Of a DNA stretch of 64,000 nucleotides, positions 50,661-59,873 are shown one piece after another. The position numbers were made by a program, and so were the translations under genes. How positions within the stretch are numbered: position 1 is the stretch's first letter; each line of letters starts with the position of its first letter. The notes under the pieces were generated by a model that saw nothing but the letters and a program-made list of their open reading frames with translations, was not told the origin of the DNA and searched no databases. This stretch comes from an uncultured Gemmatimonadaceae bacterium (GTDB lineage: Bacteria > Gemmatimonadota > Gemmatimonadetes > Gemmatimonadales > Gemmatimonadaceae), in assembly GCA_963761305.1 (NCBI GenBank), contig CAVXGK010000001.1:416001-480000 (forward strand), in the 5' to 3' direction.

Positions 50661-50762
50661 ATGCTCCCTCTCGTCCCGCAGTCGCATCTGGACGCCTCGC
50701 CCGATCCGGCGAAATCGCTCCGACTGATGGAGATCGTGCGGCGCGCGATGCGAGAACGCGCA
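50661..50762 (+). pseudogene. intI: Integron integrase N-terminal remnant
   Basis: GGAG RBS; ...SPDPAKSLRLMEIVRRAMRER resembles the IntI first helix (RLLDxVRxxxRxR) and breaks off before YSxRTE. Confidence 0.55.
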
Positions 50763-50769
50763 ACGACCT

Positions 50770-51000
50770 CTAGCCGGAAGCCAGCTGCGGCGCGGCAGCG
50801 CCGATCATGCGCGCCAACCCCTTCTCCGCAATCTTCGCCCATTGCCAGCTGACCGTCAGCCGCAGCGGGGCGCGCAAGCCAGCCGTCGTACATACGAGGC
50901 TCACGTCGCATCCCGGCGCTTCCTCAGTCTCCGCCCTACACTCCCAAACTCGACCTTCTTCGTCAGTCACTCGGCGCGATGACATCGTCGGCGTCTCCAT
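50770..51000 (-). CDS. Small hypothetical protein
   Basis: RRVTDEEGRVWEC...LRLTV..QW pattern. Confidence 0.55.
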   Translation of the reverse strand: METPTMSSRRVTDEEGRVWECRAETEEAPGCDVSLVCTTAGLRAPLRLTVSWQWAKIAEKGLARMIGAAAPQLASG

Positions 51001-51270
51001 AGGTTGGGCCGCGAACCGCGGCACAGTAGATGGATGGCGCGAACCGTATGGACGTAACCGATCATCGACATCATGTGAGAGGCGTTGCTGGTCCCAGGTG
51101 AGCTTCGTCACGCCCCGGCTGCGCGCCATCACGGCGGTCGTTGCCAAACCCGCCGAAGGTGCCATCTGGTTCTCTGCCGTTGGGCGATTGGGCGGTCGGC
51201 CGGCCGTACAAAGACTGAATCATTCGCCGGCTCCAAGCGTCGAGTGGCGCTTGCCCGACCATCGGCTATC

Positions 51271-51340
51271 ATCCAACCTTCGGCTCCAGACTCTTTCTGA
51301 TTCTCGCACCACAACGTCGCTGTAGAACGTGGCGTTAGGT
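51271..51340 (+). mobile_element. Degenerate attC-like site
   Basis: ATCCAAC (RYYYAAC) ... CGCTG ... GTTAGGT (GTTRRRY), 70 bp. Confidence 0.5.
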
Positions 51341-51429
51341 CGCACTCTGACGGGAGCGGTCGTGAAGGTCACTGTGGCTTGCATTCTCGCCGGTACAAAG
51401 TCGTGGCGTTCGTTCTTGGTCGCACCGTG

Positions 51430-51978
51430 ATGGCAAGCCTCACCGCCGCATCCCGCGTCATCGTCTGCGGCGGCCTACTCGCGTGCGCGTCGTCAGACCT
51501 TCCGACCGGTCTCGGGCCGGTGCCCGACGGTTCGCTCGTGACCGATGCCACAGCGTATGTGGCCGAACCGATCGCCGGGGCTGGCCAACCCGTTCAATAT
51601 CAGTTCGCGGTGATCGCGCGGTTCGAGAATCGCAGTGCGTCCCCCGTGTACCTCGGCCGCTGCTTCCCGAATTCTCCTCAACCGATGTATTCGATCATTG
51701 CGGCCGACAGCTCGGCGATCGTGTCCGCATACGAGCCGTACTGGGGATGCGTGGCTCACAACAACCAGTTCGAGATCCTACCGGGCGCTGTCCGCGTCGA
51801 CACCTTTCTGGTTCACGGGCCGAATGCGTTCGACGAAGTCAAACAGCAAGGGATCGGCGTGACGAATGGAGTGTTCCGGCTGTTCCTCTTTGTCGGCGCT
51901 GCTCCAGGAGACGTGCCTCCGCCTGCTCCCGGCTCATTGGGAATCTCGAACGCGTTCATCGTCCGTACGGCGAACTAG
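51430..51978 (+). CDS. Hypothetical lipoprotein (cassette-like)
   Basis: Lipobox LLAC; follows attC-like site. Confidence 0.65.
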   Translation: MASLTAASRVIVCGGLLACASSDLPTGLGPVPDGSLVTDATAYVAEPIAGAGQPVQYQFAVIARFENRSASPVYLGRCFPNSPQPMYSIIAADSSAIVSAYEPYWGCVAHNNQFEILPGAVRVDTFLVHGPNAFDEVKQQGIGVTNGVFRLFLFVGAAPGDVPPPAPGSLGISNAFIVRTAN

Positions 51979-52017
51979 CTCGCGCGACGATGCCGACAGG
52001 GTCCGCAACCTGACAAG

Positions 52018-52776
52018 TTGACACAGGATTTCTACGACCAGCTCGCGCCGTACTACCACCTCCTGTATCCCGACTGGGAGGCGAGTATCGTGCGCCAGAG
52101 CCGCGGCCTCGCTGCCGTGCTCAGTGAGTTCGGTGTCCCGACCGGGAGCGTGATCCTCGATGCCGCGTGTGGCATCGGGACGCAGGCGCTGGGCCTCGCG
52201 CAACTTGGCTATCGAGTCACCGCGTCCGATCTGTCTCCTGGGGCGATCGCTCGGGCGCGAGTGGAAGCGAGCGAACGCCGGCTCCCGATTTCGTTCGCGG
52301 TCGCCGATCTGCGGCGTCTCTCGCAACGACTCCCGCCTGGTTTCGCCGCCGTCCTTGCCTGCGACAACGCGATTCCGCATTTGCTGTCCGATGATGAGAT
52401 TCGTACCGCGTTCACCGAGTGCCGGCGCGTGCTCGCGCCGGGCGGAGTCTTCCTCGTTTCAGTGCGCGACTATGCGGCGATCGAGCGCCGAACGCCCGAT
52501 CGCCGACCCTATGGAGCCCGCACGGAGGGCGGCTGCGAGTACACCGCAGAGCAAATCTGGACGTGGGACGGCGATCAGTACGATCTCGCGCTGCGTCTCA
52601 CCGAACGATGCGGCGCAACGGCGCCGATCGTGCACGAATTTCATAGTCGTTACTATGCCGTAGCGTTGCCCACGTTGGAGCGGCTGCTCGGTGAGGCAGG
52701 GTTTGGCTCCGTGGTGCGACGCGACGAGCACTTCTTTCAACCGTTGCTCGTTTGCAAGGACCGCGGCTCGGGATAG
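52018..52776 (+). CDS. Class I SAM-dependent methyltransferase
   Basis: ILDAACGIGTQ, SDLS, ADLR, DNAIPHL, LAPGG. Confidence 0.9.
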   Translation: MTQDFYDQLAPYYHLLYPDWEASIVRQSRGLAAVLSEFGVPTGSVILDAACGIGTQALGLAQLGYRVTASDLSPGAIARARVEASERRLPISFAVADLRRLSQRLPPGFAAVLACDNAIPHLLSDDEIRTAFTECRRVLAPGGVFLVSVRDYAAIERRTPDRRPYGARTEGGCEYTAEQIWTWDGDQYDLALRLTERCGATAPIVHEFHSRYYAVALPTLERLLGEAGFGSVVRRDEHFFQPLLVCKDRGSG

Positions 52777-52817
52777 GTTCTTCGCCGTGCGATCGGCGCG
52801 AGAACGAGTCGGCTTCG
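52768..52817 (+). repeat. 50-bp dispersed hairpin repeat, copy 2
   Basis: Matches 4109-4158; arms GTTCT.CGCCG/CGGCG..AGAAC. Confidence 0.8.
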
Positions 52818-52887
52818 CGCCAGCCCGCGCGTTGAGACCGTTGACAGGGCGTTTCGCGTTCTAGCATCTCGTTGATCGGAGGCGTGC

Positions 52888-53421
52888 ATGTTCGTCCGGG
52901 TGCTTTCGCTCGCGATCGCAGCCTTTGCTCCAGCCACATCGCGCCCTCTCGTGCGCTGCGAAATCGGCACCGGCGCCACTACTCCGCTGCCGCCGGACTC
53001 CGTCCTTGCCTCCCGCCTCATCGCCGATGCGGCCGTCATCGTTCGTGCCCGAGCTGTCGAGGCGGACAGCTCAGCCTCATTCGGCGCGACCGTCTCGGCG
53101 GCACGCGTGCGTTTCGAGCGCCTCGAGATCCTCAAGGCGACCGACTCGCTCCCGCGCTTCCTCATGGTGAATCCTGCCGCTCTCATCGATGAGGATGAAT
53201 TCAATCCGCAGCCGGTGCCATACGCGACCGTTCGCCCTTCGGGGCGCCGGGGAACGTGCTACGCGACCACGTATCGGCGAGGCGCTGAATACCTCCTGTT
53301 CATGAGTCGCCAGCCGGACGGAATCCTGACACCGTATTGGGCGCCGTTGATGCCCACCAATGAACAGCTTCACGGCGGCGCGGACCCGTGGCTGCTGTGG
53401 GTGCGCGCGCATCGGCGCTAA
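52888..53421 (+). CDS. Secreted hypothetical protein
   Basis: GGAGG RBS, signal peptide, G.C....Y..GAEYLLF. Confidence 0.7.
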   Translation: MFVRVLSLAIAAFAPATSRPLVRCEIGTGATTPLPPDSVLASRLIADAAVIVRARAVEADSSASFGATVSAARVRFERLEILKATDSLPRFLMVNPAALIDEDEFNPQPVPYATVRPSGRRGTCYATTYRRGAEYLLFMSRQPDGILTPYWAPLMPTNEQLHGGADPWLLWVRAHRR

Positions 53422-53436
53422 CGAGCGATCGGTCGG

Positions 53437-53643
53437 GCCCGGGCGCGCGAGTGCCTTGGCGCATACCTGTTCACGTACAGTTTCCAGGCTCGCCCGTTCT
53501 ACGAACGCGCCGGGTATCGGGCGTTCGGCGAACTTCCCGACCATCCGCCCGGCCAGACGAAGTACTATCTCGCCAAGCGGTTCGTGGAGGGAGTCCCGCC
53601 TGCGGCATCGAACGCTCGAGCTGCCAGGCGCCGCATCCAGTAG
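53437..53643 (+). pseudogene. C-terminal GNAT remnant
   Basis: Translates ...GAYLFTYSFQARPFYERAGY..FGELPDHPPG..KYYLAKR with no 5' half. Confidence 0.75.
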
Positions 53644-53770
53644 TCGCGGTCGCCTACGCTGGCGCTCGAGCCACGTCTGCCGCCGCCCGAGCGAACATGT
53701 TGCATATCCGAGTCACTGCGGCTAACGCCACGCCGCTGCGAAACAAGCGCTGCAGAGACGGGAGTCGTCA

Positions 53771-54217
53771 ATGAGCAACGTCCAAATCGAACAGAAGAGC
53801 TACGAGATGCCCCCGCGAGACGGGATCAGCATTGCGCATTTTCTCACCGTGAAGGACATCGAGCGATCGGCTCGCTACTACGAGACAGTCTTCGGCGCTC
53901 GGATTCTGAGCCTCGGCGACGGCAACGCGCCTGCGTATCTTCAGCTCGCCAATATCTGGATGATTCTGAACGTCGGCGGCGGGCCGACGCCGGATAAGCC
54001 CACGGTAACGCTCGGCGTCCCCGATCCGGATCACATAAGCAGCTTCATGAATTTCCGGGTTGCGGATATTCAAAGCTGTTATGAGTTATGGAAGAGCCGA
54101 GGGGCCGAGTTCATCACGGAACCGATCCCCAAGTACGGCGAGACGCGCTGCTACATCCGCGATCCCGACGGGTATCTGATCGAGGTCGGACAGAGCACCG
54201 ACCTCACGTACGGCTGA
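53771..54217 (+). CDS. VOC/glyoxalase family protein
   Basis: HFLTV.DIERSARYY; CYIRDPDGYLIEV. Confidence 0.9.
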   Translation: MSNVQIEQKSYEMPPRDGISIAHFLTVKDIERSARYYETVFGARILSLGDGNAPAYLQLANIWMILNVGGGPTPDKPTVTLGVPDPDHISSFMNFRVADIQSCYELWKSRGAEFITEPIPKYGETRCYIRDPDGYLIEVGQSTDLTYG

Positions 54218-54725
54218 CGCCCGAGCCCCCCGACTGGTTCCGCTTCTCGCGGTCGGTGAGCTCGGCCTTGGCGGTGTCCCCGCGGATCTCCGGCACTTCT
54301 CGCCTTGCCGCTCGCCTGGCCACCGCGAGCGAACCAGAGGCGCAGGCCGCGGAAGCAAGGGCGAGCGTGGGGGCAACCGCCAGCACGTCTCCCCAACCAA
54401 GCGACGCGAGTTTGGCGAAGAGGGCCGACAGCAGAAGACCGCCCATGGCACCCCACGCCGCAAAGCGCGGGAGCGACATCTGATCGAATCTTCGACGGCC
54501 CTCGGTCAGCACGAGAACTCCGGAGAATGTGACTCCGGCAATGAGGCCAAGTACACCGAAGATGAGCGGGAATGGGGCGTCGGCATTGAAGCCAAACACC
54601 CAACGCGGCACGAGGCCCACGGCGGACCATGCTGCTGCCCACGTGACACCCATCCCGAATGCCCCGCGAATGCGTCGCAGCCAATCCCGCACCGTCACCC
54701 CGACCGTAGCGCCCAGTCTCTGCAA
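54204..54725 (-). CDS. Hypothetical 4-TM membrane protein
   Basis: Hydrophobic helices; start uncertain. Confidence 0.7.
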   Translation of the reverse strand: MQRLGATVGVTVRDWLRRIRGAFGMGVTWAAAWSAVGLVPRWVFGFNADAPFPLIFGVLGLIAGVTFSGVLVLTEGRRRFDQMSLPRFAAWGAMGGLLLSALFAKLASLGWGDVLAVAPTLALASAACASGSLAVARRAARREVPEIRGDTAKAELTDREKRNQSGGSGVSRT

Positions 54726-54786
54726 GCGCTGGGCGTCAAGTTCTTTGTGACGTAAAGTACCCTCTCAGGCGGTCGGGATTCAAGCG

Positions 54787-54890
54787 CGAACATCGAAACG
54801 CTGAAGCTGGCGTGGGACCTTTATTGATTGCTCGCCGCGCCGGATTTTATTTTGACTCGTGGGGAGCCTCGCTCGGGGTAGCCCGCAACA
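54787..54890 (+). mobile_element. Eroded attC-like site
   Basis: AACGCTGAAGCTG and TATTGAT shared with the 139 site; TATTTTGACTCG close to the 55346 site. Confidence 0.4.
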
Positions 54891-54897
54891 TCTGGCT

Positions 54898-55335
54898 ATG
54901 TACACCATTCGTCCCGCGACCACCGCCGACGCGGCCTTCCTCTACGAACTGCATGTCTCCGCCATGCGCGCCGTCATTACCGCGACGTGGGGATGGGACG
55001 AGCCCTGGCAACAGCGGCATTTCGCCGCGCGATTCGCGCCGGAGACGATCCAAATCATCCAGGTTGCCGGCGAGTCCGCGGGCATGCTCGAACTCGAGAA
55101 CAGCCAGACGGAGTTCTTCGTTGGCAACTTGAAGCTCCTGCCGGCTGTACAAGGCCGTGGGCTTGGAACTGCCGTATTGCGCGACGTCCTCGCCATCGCG
55201 ACTCAGGAGAACCTGCGTGTATGACTGCAGGTCCTCGAGGCCAACCTACGTGCGCGGCGCTTCTACGAGCGGCTCGGCTTCGTCGTCACAGGCGGCGTCT
55301 CGCCCCACATCCAGATGTCGGCTTCGGTGCGCTGA
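54898..55335 (+). pseudogene. GNAT acetyltransferase with in-frame TGA at 55222-55224
   Basis: QGRGLGT motif, then after the stop the same frame continues LQVLEAN.RARRFYERLGF. Confidence 0.8.
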
Positions 55336-55345
55336 ACAGCGCGGC

Positions 55346-55447
55346 GCCTAAACGAGCTCTGGAGCTGGAAAGCGATCTGCGGTTGTTGCGCGGCCTCAGG
55401 CCGCGCTTCTTATTTGACTCGCTTGCAGCCCAGCTGACGCGTCGTGC
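55346..55447 (+). mobile_element. Degenerate attC-like site
   Basis: GCCTAAAC start; GCTG/CAGC, AAGCGA/TCGCTT arms; central hairpin GCGCGGCCT-C-AGGCCGCGC. Confidence 0.6.
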
Positions 55448-55474
55448 CGGGCCCCGTCTCGACGGAGAAATGAC

Positions 55475-55960
55475 ATGGTCAAGCCGTCAAAGAACACGAT
55501 TTGCCTCTGGTACAATGGCGGCGCCGAGGAAGCGGCGAGGTTTTACGCCAAGACGTTTCCCGATTCGTCCGTTGGCGCCGTGCACCGTGCGCCGGGCGAC
55601 TTTCCGTCGGGAAAGAAAGGGGACGTGTTGACCGTCGAGTTTACCGTGATGGGCATACCGTGTCTCGGACTCAACGGGGGGCCGGCGTTCAAGCACAACG
55701 AAGCGTTCTCGTTCCAGGTCGCAACCGCTGACCAGGCCGAAACGGATCGCTATTGGAACGCGATTGTCGGTAACGGCGGCGAGGAAAGCGCGTGCGGCTG
55801 GTGCAAGGACAGATGGGGCTTGTCGTGGCAGATCACGCCGATCGCGCTGACGAAAGCGATCACCGATCCCAATCCCGCTGCCGCCAAGCGCGCGTTCGAC
55901 GCGATGATGCCGATGAAAAAGATCGACATCGCCGTAATCGAAGCGGCGCGTCGCGGCTGA
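55475..55960 (+). CDS. PhnB-like VOC protein (3-demethylubiquinone methyltransferase-like family)
   Basis: CLWY, LNGGP.F, CGWCKDRWGLSWQI. Confidence 0.92.
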   Translation: MVKPSKNTICLWYNGGAEEAARFYAKTFPDSSVGAVHRAPGDFPSGKKGDVLTVEFTVMGIPCLGLNGGPAFKHNEAFSFQVATADQAETDRYWNAIVGNGGEESACGWCKDRWGLSWQITPIALTKAITDPNPAAAKRAFDAMMPMKKIDIAVIEAARRG

Positions 55961-56007
55961 ATGTGCGAACGTTGTGCGCTCGCGTCAGGCCGATGCATTT
56001 GGCTTCG

Positions 56008-56421
56008 ATGAGAATCGCAGTCTTAGGTAGCTTCCTCGCTGCCACGGGCGGTGCGTTGGCGTGCACGCGCCACGTTCCGCTCTCCAGTCCCTCGACCAGC
56101 CTGGCGCTTCGGATCGTCGACTCGAGCCGTACCGGCGCGGCGCTTGTCGCGGTACGCCTCCGGTTGATCGGGCCCCTCCCGCTGACGGACACCGTTGCCT
56201 GCAGCGACTCGACCAGACAAGCCGTTCTGTGGTTGGCAAGCGTGCGGCCCGGGCGCTACCAGCTCGTCCTGAACCGGATCGGATACGAAGGTCGGTCGGT
56301 ACTGGTCGACGTGGCCCAACGACAGACCGACACGGTCACCGTCGGCTTGAGGTTTCTCACGCGTGATCTCGAAGAAAGAGTTCGAACGTCGCCGACCAGC
56401 CCTCGCTGCCGCACGGCCTAG
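56008..56421 (+). CDS. Lipoprotein with carboxypeptidase-regulatory-like domain
   Basis: ALAC lipobox; VRPGRYQL...RIGY. Confidence 0.55.
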   Translation: MRIAVLGSFLAATGGALACTRHVPLSSPSTSLALRIVDSSRTGAALVAVRLRLIGPLPLTDTVACSDSTRQAVLWLASVRPGRYQLVLNRIGYEGRSVLVDVAQRQTDTVTVGLRFLTRDLEERVRTSPTSPRCRTA

Positions 56422-56472
56422 CGAACGTTGACGCCGCTAAACGAACGATTGGGGGATGATCCCCGACCTTCA

Positions 56473-57360
56473 ATGCGCACTTCACCGGCGAACGCGGTGC
56501 TCGTCACAGGGGCGACGGGGCGTGTGGGACGCCTCGTCGTCGACGAGCTTCTCCGTGCCGGCGTGCCCGTGCGCGCGCTCACGCGTCGGCCGGAACTGGC
56601 GGCACTTCCCGCCGGCGTCGAAGTCGTAGCGGGAGATCTCACCGTTCCCGCGTCGCTCGATGCCGCCTTGCACGGAGTTGAATCAGCATTCCTCGTCTGG
56701 ACTGCGCCGCTGGCCAGCGCCGCGGCGGCCGTCGCGCGGTTCGCGGCGCATCACTCAGAACAGCCTCGGCGCGTGGTCTATCTCTCGGCGCCACACCAAA
56801 CGCCGCACCCGTTCTTCCAACAACCGAACCCGTTGCGCGATCTTCACGCCGGGGTCGAGCGCTTGCTCGCCGACGCCACGCTCGACACCGTTGTCCTCCG
56901 GCCGGGGATGTTCGCCTCGAACGCGCTTCACTGGTGGGCACCGCAGATTCGGAATGGCGACGTGGTGCGCTGGCCGTACGGTGCCGCCGAGACGGCACCG
57001 GTCGATGAGCGCGACATCGCCGCCGTGGCCGCGCGCGCGCTGCTCGACGTGCGACACGCCGGCGGCGACTACGTGCTGACGGGCCCAGAGTCTCTCAGCC
57101 AGGCGGCACAGGTACATGCGATCGGCGACGCCATCGGCCGACCATTGCGATTCGATGAGCGGACGCCAGACGAGTTCCGTAAAACGGCTGCGGCGTGGCC
57201 GGCCGCCGCGGAGATGCTGCTGTCCGCGTGGCAGGCGACGCTCGCACATCCGGCGTTCGTGACATCCGCGATTCAAGAGATTCTCGAATCACCTCCACGA
57301 ACCTTCTTCCAATGGGCCGCCGACAACGCGGCAGCATTCAGCGGCCCCGCGCGCAGCTAA
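56473..57360 (+). CDS. NmrA-like NAD(P)H-binding protein
   Basis: VLVTGATGRVG, LRPGMFASN, PVDERDIAAV, LTGPESL. Confidence 0.9.
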   Translation: MRTSPANAVLVTGATGRVGRLVVDELLRAGVPVRALTRRPELAALPAGVEVVAGDLTVPASLDAALHGVESAFLVWTAPLASAAAAVARFAAHHSEQPRRVVYLSAPHQTPHPFFQQPNPLRDLHAGVERLLADATLDTVVLRPGMFASNALHWWAPQIRNGDVVRWPYGAAETAPVDERDIAAVAARALLDVRHAGGDYVLTGPESLSQAAQVHAIGDAIGRPLRFDERTPDEFRKTAAAWPAAAEMLLSAWQATLAHPAFVTSAIQEILESPPRTFFQWAADNAAAFSGPARS

Positions 57361-57375
57361 CGATCGTTGCAATTC

Positions 57376-57405
57376 GTCTACCGGTCTACCGGTCTACCGG
57401 TCCAC
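57376..57405 (-). repeat. 8-mer GGTAGACC/GGTGGACC array
   Basis: Direct inspection; just downstream of the minus-strand gene's stop. Confidence 0.85.
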
Positions 57406-57413
57406 CACCGGAC

Positions 57414-58493
57414 TCAGGGCGATCGGTACGTCAACGCCAGAACGGCAAAGCCGGTCGCGGCGTCGCTCATGAAATTCGCCGCGGCGGTCGTAGGATCACG
57501 TTGGCGATTGAGCGACGTCGCGGTCCACTTCCCGGTTGCGCGATCCTGGTGTTCTGTGAGCCACACGAGTGCACGCGCGAGATGCGGCTCGTTGATCGCT
57601 GAGCCGGCGCGTTGCAGCGCGAACGCCGCGACGCCGGTCGCGTACCCGTCGCTGAGCGTATCCAGGGTCGTTCCGTCGGTTCGTTTCCAATCGCCGAGCC
57701 GACCGAGCGCCCACCCACCGTCGGCATTCTGCGTGGCGAGCAGTGAAGCCACGATCGCACGGCGTTCATCAGTCGTGAGCAGGTCGGGCAGCGCCGAGCC
57801 GGCCCAGAGCAGCACCGCGCGATTGAACACGCTCTGCGACGCGACGTCCTGACGGAGAAACGTGCGCAGCGCGCCGACGCGATCTTGAATGTCCGAGCGT
57901 GACGCGTAGCCGCCGGGCTCGGTTCCGACGGCGACCGCGGCCAGTGTCGCGCCGAAGTACGCTGCGTCGTCGGCTTCCCAGGGCTCGAGATGGAAGTTGA
58001 GCCACGCCCACGAACCCGCCGGCTTTCCGCGCCGGAACTGCAACGCCCACAAGTTGTCGAACGCGGTGCGCGCCTCGTCGCTCGGTTTGCCGGCGGCGGC
58101 GTCGCGGGTCGCGAGGACCAGCGCATTCAATACCGCCTCGGTGCCGCGCGACTCGCTCGTCTTCGGCAGGCCGTTGGTCTGATCCGGATAGAAGGGCTCG
58201 ACGTCGCGCCACATCACCACACGCTTCACGACGTCGTCCATGAGTTTGTGTTCGGGGCTCGTCGGCTCGGGTTCGCCGAGCGCAGCCCGCAGCGACGGAC
58301 GGGCGAGCGCGTACGGCAGCGCGGTGTGACACGACACGCAAGCGGTCTGATGATCACGCGCCGCGTTGGGCCACGCCGACCACCACGTCTGGCGCGCGTC
58401 GAGATACGCCGCGGCGCCGCGCATGTCCCATCCCTGCGCAGTCGCGGCGCGAGCGATCACAGTTAGCGCAAGAATGCCGGCGGTAGGTCGCAT
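57414..58493 (-). CDS. Secreted prenyltransferase/squalene-cyclase-repeat protein with CxxCH
   Basis: Signal peptide, CVSCH, QW-like repeats QNADGGW, HQD..TGKW. Confidence 0.75.
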   Translation of the reverse strand: MRPTAGILALTVIARAATAQGWDMRGAAAYLDARQTWWSAWPNAARDHQTACVSCHTALPYALARPSLRAALGEPEPTSPEHKLMDDVVKRVVMWRDVEPFYPDQTNGLPKTSESRGTEAVLNALVLATRDAAAGKPSDEARTAFDNLWALQFRRGKPAGSWAWLNFHLEPWEADDAAYFGATLAAVAVGTEPGGYASRSDIQDRVGALRTFLRQDVASQSVFNRAVLLWAGSALPDLLTTDERRAIVASLLATQNADGGWALGRLGDWKRTDGTTLDTLSDGYATGVAAFALQRAGSAINEPHLARALVWLTEHQDRATGKWTATSLNRQRDPTTAAANFMSDAATGFAVLALTYRSP

Positions 58494-58606
58494 GGCTGCA
58501 TAGCATGCGCGACCCGCGTTCGCTCGACAAGGCCCTCACAACACGAAATTGTGACACGGCCCGCGGCGGGCTTTCTGCGGAGGACTACATTCAGTGATGC
58601 GTCGAC

Positions 58607-59428
58607 GTGAGCCTCGGGGGGGGCGTGTCTGACCACTTGAACCCGTCGCACCAGGAGGCAGGGTCGTCGCGCGCTCGCGCCACCGTTACGCAGCGGATTC
58701 GCGCGTGGCTCGGCCGGCGCCTGGTCGACCGGCTGCGCTGGACCGACGGTCCCGTGCACGTCGCCTACCACCCCGACGTCGCGTACGAGAGAGACGAGCT
58801 CCCGGAGTTCCGCGCGCTGTACGAGTCGTGGATCGCCGGCAACCGGCGGTGCAACGGCGGCGATCTCACGCGCCTGTACGCCTTCATCCTCAACATCAAG
58901 CAATGCCTCGCCGACGGCGTGGCGGGCGACTTCGCCGAGGTCGGCGTGTGGCGCGGCAACTCGGCCGCGACGCTCGCGCACTTCGCCGCGCGACACGACC
59001 GGCATCTCTATCTCTTCGACACGTTCACCGGGTTCGACGCGCGCGATCTTCGCGACATCGACGGCCATCGCGCGGCCGAGTTCGAGAACACGTCGCTCGA
59101 CGCCGTGCGGCGAGTCGTCGGCAACGACGCGCACACCACGTACGTGCCCGGGTATTTTCCTGAGTCGGTGACACAGGCCGCGGAGCGCGCTACCTACGCC
59201 ATCGTGCACGTCGACTGCGATCTGTATGCGCCGACCAAGGCGGCGCTTGATTTCTTCTATCCTCGCATGCCGCGCGGCGGGATCTTCTTTCTCCACGACT
59301 ACGCGTCGGGAGTCTGGCCCGGCGTGACGTGCGCGATCGACGAGTTTCGCGCCGCGACCGGTGAGTCGCTCGTGCTCTTGCCGGACAAATCCGGCACGAC
59401 GATCATCCGCAAGACGCGATCGACATGA
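58607..59428 (+). CDS. TylF/MycF-family O-methyltransferase
   Basis: GDFAEVGVWRG, FDTFTGF, GYFPES, HVDCDLY, HDY. Confidence 0.9.
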   Translation: MSLGGGVSDHLNPSHQEAGSSRARATVTQRIRAWLGRRLVDRLRWTDGPVHVAYHPDVAYERDELPEFRALYESWIAGNRRCNGGDLTRLYAFILNIKQCLADGVAGDFAEVGVWRGNSAATLAHFAARHDRHLYLFDTFTGFDARDLRDIDGHRAAEFENTSLDAVRRVVGNDAHTTYVPGYFPESVTQAAERATYAIVHVDCDLYAPTKAALDFFYPRMPRGGIFFLHDYASGVWPGVTCAIDEFRAATGESLVLLPDKSGTTIIRKTRST

Positions 59429-59489
59429 CGACACGCCGTCGAACGTGTCACCCAATGAACGCTGATGCGTTGACCGTTCAGGAGTGCAG

Positions 59490-59840
59490 ATGATTTGTCG
59501 CGTGTGGCACGGATGGACCAGTCATGCAAATGCCGACAAATATGAGAGCCTTCTGCGCGAGGAAGTCTTCCGCGGAATCGCCGGCCGCTCGATCGCCGGC
59601 TATCACGGCATCGAGCTGCTTCGGCGAGCGTCGGGCGACGAAGTGGAGTTCGTGACGATGATGTGGTTCGAGTCGCTCGACGCGGTGCGGACGTTTGCGG
59701 GGCCAACGTACGAGCAAGCGGTCGTGCCACCGGCCGCCCGTGCCGTTCTGAGCCGCTTCGATGCACGATCGGCCCACTACGAAGTCAGAGTCCCGCGCGA
59801 AGCGCCGGCACCGATCGCGCGAGAGGCTGCCGGACCGTGA
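59490..59840 (+). CDS. ABM-like (dimeric alpha-beta barrel) protein
   Basis: RVWHGWT, EFVT.MWFESLDAV..FAG..YE.AVVP. Confidence 0.85.
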   Translation: MICRVWHGWTSHANADKYESLLREEVFRGIAGRSIAGYHGIELLRRASGDEVEFVTMMWFESLDAVRTFAGPTYEQAVVPPAARAVLSRFDARSAHYEVRVPREAPAPIAREAAGP

Positions 59841-59873
59841 CCACTATTGGGCCGGCCACTTCGGCGCAGCGCC

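Noticed and set aside
54741..54759. Imperfect palindrome TTCTTTGTGACGTAAAGTA upstream of the membrane-protein gene
   Set aside because: Could be an operator, but it is a single short instance with no cognate regulator nearby
55222..55224. Selenocysteine recoding of the GNAT TGA
   Set aside because: Not a catalytic Cys position and no evident SECIS hairpin directly downstream
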